Assembly: GCA_037133055.1 (NCBI GenBank)
Contig: JBAXOY010000047.1
Location: 1-21,573, forward strand
Length of the DNA: 21,573 nucleotides
Direction of reading: 5' to 3'
Source of the DNA: Chlamydiota bacterium
Lineage (GTDB): Bacteria > Auribacterota > Tritonobacteria > UBA1439
Shown here piece by piece: positions 8,603-16,391 of the stretch. Position 1 is the stretch's first letter, and each line of letters begins with the position of its first letter. Below the pieces are notes generated by a model, which saw only the letters and a list, made by a program, of their open reading frames with translations, did not search any database and was not told where the DNA came from. The translations under genes were made by a program, and so were the position numbers.

Positions 8603-9400
8603 CTATTTGACCGAGGACAGATTCTTCCCAAAAAATAGCGCGGTCATAGTAATTAGCTCCCTCTCCCACGCGAGCCCGGCGAAGGTGTGGCCGGATCCGC
8701 GGATCATGTGAAGCTCGACATCCCCCCTCCCTGATAATGCCTCCTCGTAGAGAAGGGCATCGTCGGGTGAGACGCTCGCGTCCGCGTCGCCGTGCAGGAT
8801 GAGCGCGGGGCCCGCGTAGCCCCGGAGGCGCTCGATGGGGTTGAAGACGTAGAGCTCGTCGAGGAGCTTCTGGCTCAGGGCGTTCCCGAAATAGTCGTGG
8901 ACGGGGCGCTTCCCGAAGTTCGCGACGATGGCCGCCGCGGCCTTGGCTCCAAAGGCGCGCCTCGGGTCCGCGACGGCAGCCCAGAGGACGAGGCAGCGGA
9001 GGGAGTCACGCTCCGGCTCCATGCCCGCCACGCACGCGGCGATCGATCCGCCGAGGCTCATCCCGAGAAGCCCCACTCGATCCCGCCTGACGCCTCCCCT
9101 TCCCCGGACGTAGTCCAGCGCCTTCAGGGCGTCGCCGATTTCTCCCTCGATGGTCAAGTCCTCGAAGTTCCCCTCGCTCTCCCCGCAGCCGCGGAAGTCG
9201 AACCTGAGCGTCAGGATCCCCTCGGAGGCGAAGCGGCGCGCGGCCTTTACGAAGAGCTGGTGCGGCTCGATCTTGTGCCCCGTGAAGCCGTGAAGCATCA
9301 CGAGCGCGGGGAAAGGGGGAGCATGGGGAGGCTCGGGGATGTGGAGCATCCCGAAGATCTTCCGGCCCTGGTTCTCGAAGATGACGGGTTCCTGGGTCAT
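8603..9400 (-). CDS. Alpha/beta-fold serine hydrolase
   Basis: HGFTG oxyanion motif, RFDFRGCGESEG, nucleophile elbow GMSLG, HGDAD (Asp), GSGHTF (His). Confidence 0.92.
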   Translation of the reverse strand: MTQEPVIFENQGRKIFGMLHIPEPPHAPPFPALVMLHGFTGHKIEPHQLFVKAARRFASEGILTLRFDFRGCGESEGNFEDLTIEGEIGDALKALDYVRGRGGVRRDRVGLLGMSLGGSIAACVAGMEPERDSLRCLVLWAAVADPRRAFGAKAAAAIVANFGKRPVHDYFGNALSQKLLDELYVFNPIERLRGYAGPALILHGDADASVSPDDALLYEEALSGRGDVELHMIRGSGHTFAGLAWERELITMTALFFGKNLSSVK

Positions 9401-9410
9401 GACCGCCGCT

Positions 9411-12149
9411 TCACGATCCCCGTCCTTCCCCGAGCGACTCCAGGCTCTTCATGACCTTTTCGCGGCGGGCGGCGAGCGATTTCTTCTTCCTGCGCCTCAT
9501 CTCGACCACCTTCGACGGGGCCTTGCTCACGAACGCCTCGTTGGCAAGCTCCTTCCCGACCTTTTCGATCTCCAGGTCGATCTCATTGAGCTCGCGCGTG
9601 ACGCGCTCGCGCTCGGCGGAGGGGTCCACGCTCCCGGAAAGGTCCATGTAGACGATCGCGCCGGAGGACAGGGGCGCGGTCGGCATTGCCCGCTCGGGGA
9701 GGAACTGCGGGTCGATCCTCAGCTCGCCCGCCCTCATCAGCGCCATGCACACCGCCCTCCCCTCCTCCATCGCCGAGGCCTCATCCGCCGACGCCGGCTT
9801 GAGGATGACGACGACGTCGCTGCGGGGAGGCACGTGGTGCTCCTTGCGCAGATTCCGCGCCGCGCGCACCGCCTCGAACTTGAGCTCCACCCGTTTTTCC
9901 AACGCGGGGTCGATCAGTCCCGGGTCCGCCTGGGGCCATGGAGTGCGCGTCACCGAGTCCCCGGATCGCCCCGGGAGCATCTGCCAAATCTCCTCGCTCA
10001 GGAACGGCATGAAGGGGCAAAGAAGGCGCAGGAAGGCCTCGAGGCAGCGCAGGAGCACCCGCCGGGACCGCCGCGCGTCGTCGCTCCCTTTCGCCTGGAG
10101 GTGCCCCTTCGCCGACTCGATGTACCAGTCGCAGTAGTCGCTCCAGAAGAACTCGTAGAGCCGCTCGGCCGCCTCATTGAACCTGAATGCGTCGAGCGCC
10201 GCCGTGACGTCGCGCACCGTACGGTTGAGCCTGCTCAGGATGAACCGGTCGTCCATGGTCAGGGGGAAGCCCCCGGCATCGTCCGCGGCATCGTCCTCCC
10301 CAAGGTTCATCAGGAGGAAGCGGGACGCGTTCCATATCTTGTTGGCGAAGTTCCGGCCCAGCTCGCAGCTCTCGTTCGCGTAGTGCACGTCCTGCCCCAC
10401 CGGGCTCAGGCGGGCGATGGTGAAGCGGAGGGCGTCGGCGCCGTACCGGGCGATGACGTCGAGGGGGTCGGGGGAGTTGCCGAGGGACTTGCTCATCTTC
10501 CGCCCATCCATGTCCCGGATGATGCCGGTGAAGAATACGGCCGCGAACGGGGCCTCCCCCATGAACTCGATCCCCGCCATGATCATCCTGGCGACCCAGA
10601 AGAAGATGATGTCCGGCCCCGTGACCAGGGTCGAGGTGGGATAGAAATAGCGCAGGTCCTCCGTCGCGTCCGGCCACCCGAGCGTCGAGAACGGCCAGAG
10701 CCACGAGGAGAACCACGTGTCCAGCACGTCCTCGTCCTGAATGAGATCGGGGCTCCCGCACACGGGGCATTTGTCGGGGGGCGTGCGGGACACGATGGCC
10801 CCTGAATGGTCGACAGACTGGTCCATGGCTTCTGTAGTGTCTGTGGACAATGGACTATGGACTATGGACTTGCCGCGACCGCGGCATTGCCGGCAATACC
10901 ACACGGGTATGCGGTGCCCCCACCAGAGCTGGCGCGAGATACACCAGTCGCGGATGTTCTCCATCCAGTGCTGGTAGACCTTCATCCACCGCTCCGGGTA
11001 CAAAGAGACGGTTCCGTCGAGCACCGCCTTCAGCGCGGGCCCCGCGAGCGGCTTCATCTTCACGAACCACTGCTCGGAGAGGTACGGCTCGATGACGGTG
11101 CGGCAGCGGTAGCAGTGCCCCACGGAGTGGCGGTGCTTCTCGACCCTCGCAAGAAGCTTCCGATCCTCGAGCTCCGCGACGAGCGCCTCGCGGCACTCGA
11201 ACCGGTCCATTCCCGCGTAGTCCTCCCCGGCCTCGGCGGTCATCACGGCGTTCCCGTCCATGACCGCCACCTGCGGGAGGCCGTGGCGCCGCCCCATCTG
11301 GAAGTCGTTCGGGTCGTGGGCGGGCGTGACCTTGACGATGCCGGTGCCGAACTTCGGGTCCACGAACTCGTCCGCGATGACGGGGACCTCCCGTTCCACC
11401 GAGGGCACGACCACCGTCTTTCCGACGAGGGCCTTGTAGCGCCCGTCCGAGGGGTTGACCGCCACGGCCGTGTCCCCGAGGAGCGTCTCGGGGCGCGTGG
11501 TCGCCACCGTGACGTACCCTCCCCCGTCTTTGAGGGGGTAGCGGATGTGCCAGAGATGCCCGTCGTGCTCCTCGTGCTCGACCTCCTCGTCGGAAAGCGC
11601 GGTGTGGCAGCGCGGGCACCAGTTGATGATGTAGCGGCCGCGGTAGACGAGCCCCTTCTCGTGAAGCCGGACGAAGACCTCGCGCACGGCGCGGGAGAGC
11701 CCCTCGTCCATCGTGAACCGCTCGCGGCTCCAGTCGCACGAGCAGCCGAGCTTCTTGAGCTGGCGGATTATGGTGTCGCCGTAGCGCTCCTTCCATTCCC
11801 ATACCTTTTTCAGAAACTCCTCGCGCCCGAGATTCCCCCGCTTCGTCCCGGCTTTCGCGAGCTCCTTCTCGACCACATTCTGCGTGGCGATGCCCGCGTG
11901 GTCCGTGCCGGGGAGCCAGAGCACCTCGAAGCCCTGCATCCGCTTCCAGCGCACCAGGATGTCCTGGAGGGTGTTGTTGAGGACGTGCCCCATGGTGAGT
12001 ATGCCGGTGATATTTGGGGGGGGAATGACGATGACGTACGGCTTCCGGCCCTCGCGCACGCGGGCGGTAAAATACCCGCGCGACTCCCAGAACGAGTACC
12101 AGCGGTCCTCGACGGATTTCGGGTCGTAGCGTGTCGCGAGCTCTTTCAT
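9411..12149 (-). CDS. valS: Valine--tRNA ligase
   Basis: PPPNITG-x-LTMGH (HIGH variant), GTDHAGIATQ, ATTRPET, TPAHD, DWCISRQLWWGH, DVLDTWFSS, KMSKS, C-terminal coiled coil. Confidence 0.98.
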   Translation of the reverse strand: MKELATRYDPKSVEDRWYSFWESRGYFTARVREGRKPYVIVIPPPNITGILTMGHVLNNTLQDILVRWKRMQGFEVLWLPGTDHAGIATQNVVEKELAKAGTKRGNLGREEFLKKVWEWKERYGDTIIRQLKKLGCSCDWSRERFTMDEGLSRAVREVFVRLHEKGLVYRGRYIINWCPRCHTALSDEEVEHEEHDGHLWHIRYPLKDGGGYVTVATTRPETLLGDTAVAVNPSDGRYKALVGKTVVVPSVEREVPVIADEFVDPKFGTGIVKVTPAHDPNDFQMGRRHGLPQVAVMDGNAVMTAEAGEDYAGMDRFECREALVAELEDRKLLARVEKHRHSVGHCYRCRTVIEPYLSEQWFVKMKPLAGPALKAVLDGTVSLYPERWMKVYQHWMENIRDWCISRQLWWGHRIPVWYCRQCRGRGKSIVHSPLSTDTTEAMDQSVDHSGAIVSRTPPDKCPVCGSPDLIQDEDVLDTWFSSWLWPFSTLGWPDATEDLRYFYPTSTLVTGPDIIFFWVARMIMAGIEFMGEAPFAAVFFTGIIRDMDGRKMSKSLGNSPDPLDVIARYGADALRFTIARLSPVGQDVHYANESCELGRNFANKIWNASRFLLMNLGEDDAADDAGGFPLTMDDRFILSRLNRTVRDVTAALDAFRFNEAAERLYEFFWSDYCDWYIESAKGHLQAKGSDDARRSRRVLLRCLEAFLRLLCPFMPFLSEEIWQMLPGRSGDSVTRTPWPQADPGLIDPALEKRVELKFEAVRAARNLRKEHHVPPRSDVVVILKPASADEASAMEEGRAVCMALMRAGELRIDPQFLPERAMPTAPLSSGAIVYMDLSGSVDPSAERERVTRELNEIDLEIEKVGKELANEAFVSKAPSKVVEMRRRKKKSLAARREKVMKSLESLGEGRGS
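10806..10871. repeat. Heptamer tandem array with a degenerate inverted arm, inside valS
   Basis: TGGACAA TGGACTA TGGACTA TGGACTT at 10844-10871. GTCGACAGAC (10809-10818) is the reverse complement of GTCTGTGGAC (10839-10848) at 9/10 positions. TGGTCCATGG (10819-10828) is a degenerate reverse unit. Confidence 0.85.
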
Positions 12150-12229
12150 GGTTGATTCCGGACGGGCGGGCTGAAGCCCACCCTACAGGGTGAAGAGAAA
12201 AGGTCGTACCGGGTCGCGAGGCGTGTCAT
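12146..12229 (-). other. 27-codon ORF MTRLATRYDLFSSPCRVGFSPPVRNQP; remnant copy of the valS 5' end or possible leader ORF
   Basis: The first 9 codons match the ValS N-terminus MKELATRYD. Its TGA (12148-12146) overlaps the valS ATG as ATGA. Translation is not demonstrated. Confidence 0.45.
12165..12186 (-). repeat. GTAG-type REP-like element, copy 1
   Basis: Minus strand GTAGGGTGGGCTTCAGCCCGCC: a GTAG tetranucleotide followed by the palindrome GGTGGGCT-TC-AGCCCGCC. Confidence 0.75.
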
Positions 12230-12244
12230 GACGGATTCCGGCCG

Positions 12245-12266
12245 GCCGGGCTGAAGCCCACCCTAC
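12245..12266 (-). repeat. GTAG-type REP-like element, copy 2, overlapping the cimA stop codon
   Basis: Minus strand GTAGGGTGGGCTTCAGCCCGGC; its TAG (12265-12263) is the cimA stop. Confidence 0.75.
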
Positions 12267-13852
12267 TGTTTCCTCGCCTTCGCGGGCTTCACCCTGTCGT
12301 GCAGGAGCTTGTACTCGACGCTGTCCAGGAGCGCCTGCCAGCTCGCCTCGATGATGTTCTCCGAGACGCCGACCGTGCCCCAGCTATTTTCCCCGTCCTT
12401 CGACTGGACCAGGACGCGCACCTTCGCCGCCGTCCCTGCCTTCACGTTGAGGACCCGCACCTTGTAGTCGGCGAGGGTCACGTCGGCGATCGTGGGGTAG
12501 AAGGGGAGCAGCGCCTTGCGGAGGGCGTTGTCGAGCGCGTTGACCGGGCCGTCCCCCTCTGCGGCGGTGTGCTCGAACAGGTCGCCGACCTTCACCTTGA
12601 TCGTCGCCTCGGAAATGAGGCGGCCGTCCGCGCGCTTTTCGACGCTCACCCGAAACCCCTCGAGACTGAAGAAGGGGGTGTGGCGCTTCAGCGCCTTCTC
12701 GACCAGGAGCTTGAACGACCCCTCGGCCGCCTCGAACTCGTAGCCCTCGCTCTCGAGTCTCTTGATGACGGAGAGAACGCTCCGGAGCGCGGGCTCGTCC
12801 TTCTTCAGGCCGAGGCGCATGTCCCGCGCCTTCATGAAGACGCTCGCCTTCCCCGAGAGCTCCGAGACGAGCACCCTCCGCGCCCCCCCGACCGTCTCCG
12901 GCGCGATATGCTCGTAGCCCTGCGGGTTCTTCAGGACCGCGTCGGCGTGGACGCCGCCCTTGTGGGCGAACGCGCTCGCCCCGACATAGGGGGCCCGCGG
13001 CCACGGCGCCATGTTGGCGATCTCGTCCACGTAGCGGGAGAGCTCCGTGAGCGACGGGAGGCGCTTCCGGTCCACGCAGGGGATGCCCATTTTCAGGACG
13101 AGGGTGGGGATTATGCTCACGAGGTCGGCGTTGCCGCATCGCTCGCCGTAGCCGTTGATCGTTCCCTGGACCTGGACCGCCCCCGCCTCCACCGCGATGA
13201 CCGCGTTCGCGACCCCCATGCCGGCGTCGTTGTGGGAGTGTATCCCGAGGGGCGCGCGCACCCGCTCCCGCACCTCGCGGATGACCTCCGCGAGCCTCAT
13301 GGGGAGCGTCCCCCCGTTCGTGTCGCAGAGGACGATGGTGTCCGCGCCCGCCCCCTCGGCCGCGAGGAGGGTCTTCACGGCGTAGTCCCGGTCGGCATGA
13401 TAGCCGGCAAAGAAGTGCTCGGCGTCGTAAATGACTTCCTTCCCGAGCTCCTTGAAGTAGCGGACGGTGTCCCGGATCATCGCGAGGTTCTCCTCCGCGG
13501 TCGTCCGGAGCACCTCCTTCACGTGGAGCATCCAGCTCTTGCCGAAGATCGTGACGACCGGGGTCTCCGCCTCGCGGAGCCTCACGACGTTCAGGTCGTC
13601 GGCGACGGGCGTGCCGGCGCGCCGCGTGCTGCCGAACGCCGCGATGCGCGCGCGCTTCAGGTTGAGCGCCCGGACCTGCACGAAGAACTCGATATCCTTC
13701 GGGTTCGAGCCGGGCCAGCCGCCCTCGATGTAGTGGAAGCCGAACTCGTCCAGCTTCCGGGCGATCAGCAGCTTGTCCGAGCTCGAGAAGCTGATCCCCT
13801 CGGCCTGCGTTCCGTCGCGAAGCGTCGTGTCGTACAGCTTCACGGTTTTCAT
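12263..13852 (-). CDS. cimA: (R)-citramalate synthase
   Basis: [78 protein letters not shown]. Start at ATG 13852 (GAGGTGAGG upstream, ATGA overlap with the aspartate kinase stop). Confidence 0.93.
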   Translation of the reverse strand: MKTVKLYDTTLRDGTQAEGISFSSSDKLLIARKLDEFGFHYIEGGWPGSNPKDIEFFVQVRALNLKRARIAAFGSTRRAGTPVADDLNVVRLREAETPVVTIFGKSWMLHVKEVLRTTAEENLAMIRDTVRYFKELGKEVIYDAEHFFAGYHADRDYAVKTLLAAEGAGADTIVLCDTNGGTLPMRLAEVIREVRERVRAPLGIHSHNDAGMGVANAVIAVEAGAVQVQGTINGYGERCGNADLVSIIPTLVLKMGIPCVDRKRLPSLTELSRYVDEIANMAPWPRAPYVGASAFAHKGGVHADAVLKNPQGYEHIAPETVGGARRVLVSELSGKASVFMKARDMRLGLKKDEPALRSVLSVIKRLESEGYEFEAAEGSFKLLVEKALKRHTPFFSLEGFRVSVEKRADGRLISEATIKVKVGDLFEHTAAEGDGPVNALDNALRKALLPFYPTIADVTLADYKVRVLNVKAGTAAKVRVLVQSKDGENSWGTVGVSENIIEASWQALLDSVEYKLLHDRVKPAKARKQ

Positions 13853-15087
13853 GTCCTCACCTCGCCCCCGGTTATTTTCCCGAGGTTGAACGCCGCGTGC
13901 ACGGCCCGCGCGGCCCGGTCGGCGTCCGCCTCGTCCACCACGCACGAGATCTTGATCTCGCTCGTGGAGATCATCTCGATATTGACCCCTTCCCGCGCGA
14001 GCGCGCCGAACATGGCCGAGGCGACCCCCTTGTGGCTTTTCATCCCCACCCCCACGGCCGAGACCTTGGCGATGTGCTCGTCCGAGGTCACCCCCTTCGC
14101 TTCGATCTCGGCGACGATCCGCTCCAGCGCCCGGACGCCCTTCTTGAAGTCATCGCGCGACACGGTGAAGGATACGTCCGTGTACCCCTCCTCGCTCACG
14201 TTCTGGATAATCATGTCCACGTTGACGTTCGCGTCCGCCATCGCCTTGAAGATGGAGGCGGCGATGCCGGGACGGTCGGGCACGCGCTGTATCGTCAGCT
14301 TGGCCTCGCTGCGGTCAACCGTCACTCCGCGTATCAAAAGGTCTTCCATCTCTTCCCCCTCCTCGGAGAGCACCGTGCCGGGGTTGTCGGTGAAGCTCGA
14401 GAGCACCTCCACCCTGACCCCGTATTTCTTGGCGAACTCGACGGCGCGCGACTGGATCACCTGCGCGCCGAGGCTCGCCATCTCAAGCATCTCGTCATAG
14501 CTGATGCGCTCGATCTTCCGCGCGTCGGGCACAATGCGCGGGTCCGCGGTGTACACCCCCTCGACGTCCTTGTATACCCTACAGACGTCCGCCTTGAGGA
14601 CCGCCGCGAGGGCCACCGCGGTTGTGTCCGATCCCCCCCTGCCGAGCGTCGTGATGTCGAGGTCCTCGTCCACCCCCTGAAACCCCGCGACCACGACCAC
14701 GCTCCCCCGCGCGAGATGCTCCGCGATCTTCGCGGTGCTGATCTCGACGATCTTGGCGCTGCGGTGCGCGCCGTCGGTCACGATGCCCACCTGGCCGCCG
14801 GTCAGCGAGATGGCGTCTACGCCGAGATCGTGCAGCGCCATGGCGAGGAGCGCCGCGGTGACCTGCTCACCCGTTGAGACGAGCATGTCGATCTCGCGGT
14901 CGGCGGGGTTCTCGGAAACCCGGTGCGCCAGCGCGATCAGTTCGTCGGTGGTGTCGCCCATGGCGGAGACGACCACCACGAGGCTGTCGCCCGCGGCCCT
15001 CGCGCGCGCTACGTGCCGCGCGACATTCCGGATCTTCTCCGGATCGGCGACCGACGTGCCTCCGTATTTCTGTACGATCAGCGCCAT
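13849..15087 (-). CDS. lysC: Aspartate kinase (kinase domain plus two ACT domains)
   Basis: [53 protein letters not shown]. Confidence 0.96.
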   Translation of the reverse strand: MALIVQKYGGTSVADPEKIRNVARHVARARAAGDSLVVVVSAMGDTTDELIALAHRVSENPADREIDMLVSTGEQVTAALLAMALHDLGVDAISLTGGQVGIVTDGAHRSAKIVEISTAKIAEHLARGSVVVVAGFQGVDEDLDITTLGRGGSDTTAVALAAVLKADVCRVYKDVEGVYTADPRIVPDARKIERISYDEMLEMASLGAQVIQSRAVEFAKKYGVRVEVLSSFTDNPGTVLSEEGEEMEDLLIRGVTVDRSEAKLTIQRVPDRPGIAASIFKAMADANVNVDMIIQNVSEEGYTDVSFTVSRDDFKKGVRALERIVAEIEAKGVTSDEHIAKVSAVGVGMKSHKGVASAMFGALAREGVNIEMISTSEIKISCVVDEADADRAARAVHAAFNLGKITGGEVRT

Positions 15088-15116
15088 GCCGATTCCCCTT
15101 CGGGTCCGGCCGCCCG

Positions 15117-16319
15117 TTACCGCGCGAGCAGCGAATCCATGAGCCGCCAGCCCTCCTCGATCTTGAGGGAGCCCTTCGCGGCGGCCTTCTCATTGAATGC
15201 CGCCATGCCGTCCGGAGCGATGCCATTCCCGAAGAGGCAGAACGGCACCGGGTCGGCGGTGTGCGTCCGCAGCGAGAGCGGCGTCGCGTGATCCGGCAGG
15301 ACCAGTATCCTGAACGGGTCCCCCGCCTGCTTCAGCCCCTCGATGACCGGCCCGACGATCTTCGCGTCGAAATTCTCGATCGCCCGCACCTTTTCGGAGC
15401 GGTCGCCGTTGTGCCCCGCCTCGTCCGCCGCCTCAACGTGGACGAGCACGAAATCCGCCTCGCCAAGCGCGCCGAGCGCCGCCCGGGCCTTGGCGGAATA
15501 ATCCGTGTCGTAATACCCGGTCGCCCCGGGGACGTCGATCACCTCGAGGCCGAGGCACCGCCCGATTCCCTTCACGAGGTCGACCGCCGAGATCACCGCC
15601 CCCCCGAGCCCCCGCTCCGAGCGGAAGGTCCCTATCAGGGGCTTCTTCCCGCCGCCCCAGAGCCAGATCATGTTGGCGGGGTTCTCGCCGAGGTCTATCT
15701 TGACCTTGTTGATCGCGTCCTGGGAGAGGATCAGGTAGGAGGCCTGCATGAGTTCTCTCAGGATGCGGCTTCCCTTGCCCGTGGGCAGGTGCCGGCGGAT
15801 CGACGTGCCGGTGATGTCGTGGGGGGGCACGCAGCGCAGCGGCCCCTCGCCATCCTGGAGCAGGCGCTCGGGGGCGATCATGACGTTCCGGTAGCTCACG
15901 CCGGGGAGGAAGCGGACGCCGCGCCCCGAGAATTTCTCCATCAGGAGCTCGATGAGGACACGCCCCTCTCCGTTTGAGATATGCCCCCCGCTGTAGTCCA
16001 CCATCGTGTCGTCGGCAACCGTCACGAGGTTGCAGCGGAACGCGTAGTCGTCGTCCGCGAGCGGGATGCCGATGCTCGCGGCCTCGAGAGGACCCCTCCC
16101 GGTGTAGCAGCGGGACGGGTCGACGCCCATGATTGAGAGGTTTGCGACGTCGCTCCCCGGTTCCATGCCCTTCGGGACGGTCCTCACGAAGCCGCCCGCA
16201 CCCCCGACTGCAAGAAGGTCCATGTGCGGGGTGCGGGCCACCTCGAGCGGGGTGCGGTTCCGCAGTTCGGGAACGGGGTAATCCGCCATCCCGTCGCCCA
16301 CAAGCACGACATATTTCAT
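15117..16319 (-). CDS. apgM: Cofactor-independent phosphoglycerate mutase family protein (ApgM-like; 'proposed homoserine kinase' subfamily)
   Basis: GDGMAD, PGSDVAN, YTGRGPLEAA, AFRCN, PPHDI, NMIWLWG, HVEAADEAGH, PDHATP, THTADPVP; located between hom and lysC. Confidence 0.9.
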   Translation of the reverse strand: MKYVVLVGDGMADYPVPELRNRTPLEVARTPHMDLLAVGGAGGFVRTVPKGMEPGSDVANLSIMGVDPSRCYTGRGPLEAASIGIPLADDDYAFRCNLVTVADDTMVDYSGGHISNGEGRVLIELLMEKFSGRGVRFLPGVSYRNVMIAPERLLQDGEGPLRCVPPHDITGTSIRRHLPTGKGSRILRELMQASYLILSQDAINKVKIDLGENPANMIWLWGGGKKPLIGTFRSERGLGGAVISAVDLVKGIGRCLGLEVIDVPGATGYYDTDYSAKARAALGALGEADFVLVHVEAADEAGHNGDRSEKVRAIENFDAKIVGPVIEGLKQAGDPFRILVLPDHATPLSLRTHTADPVPFCLFGNGIAPDGMAAFNEKAAAKGSLKIEEGWRLMDSLLAR

Positions 16320-16321
16320 GA

Positions 16322-16353
16322 CAAAATCCCAAATCCAAAATCCAAAATCCCAA
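16322..16353. repeat. Heptamer tandem array CMAAATC x4 plus a partial unit, abutting the apgM start
   Basis: CAAAATC CCAAATC CAAAATC CAAAATC CCAA at 16322-16353; AT-rich in a GC-rich context. Confidence 0.9.
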
Positions 16354-16391
16354 GAATAGATTGCATAGCAAGGGGGGGCTATCGCGTGGAA

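Larger units (their letters stand above)
12122..12266 (-). repeat. Diverged direct duplication (period 80 bp): 12122-12186 vs 12202-12266
   Basis: Ungapped alignment by hand gives 54/65 identical. Each copy is a REP-like hairpin, a spacer, an ATG and the codons for xxLATRYD. Confidence 0.9.

Noticed and set aside
12150..12262. T-box riboswitch upstream of valS
   Set aside because: The region is too short (113 bp), lacks the T-box consensus and terminator, and is explained by the duplication.
12154..12266. Two 33-bp repeats with a 47-bp spacer as a mini-CRISPR
   Set aside because: Only two units, no cas genes, and the 'spacer' is itself a copy of the valS 5' end; better explained as REP plus duplication.
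9339..14877. Long plus-strand ORFs (488, 449, 733 and 326 aa) opposite valS, cimA and lysC
   Set aside because: Typical stop-poor antisense frames of high-GC genes; rich in R/G/L/V/D, with no recognisable domains.
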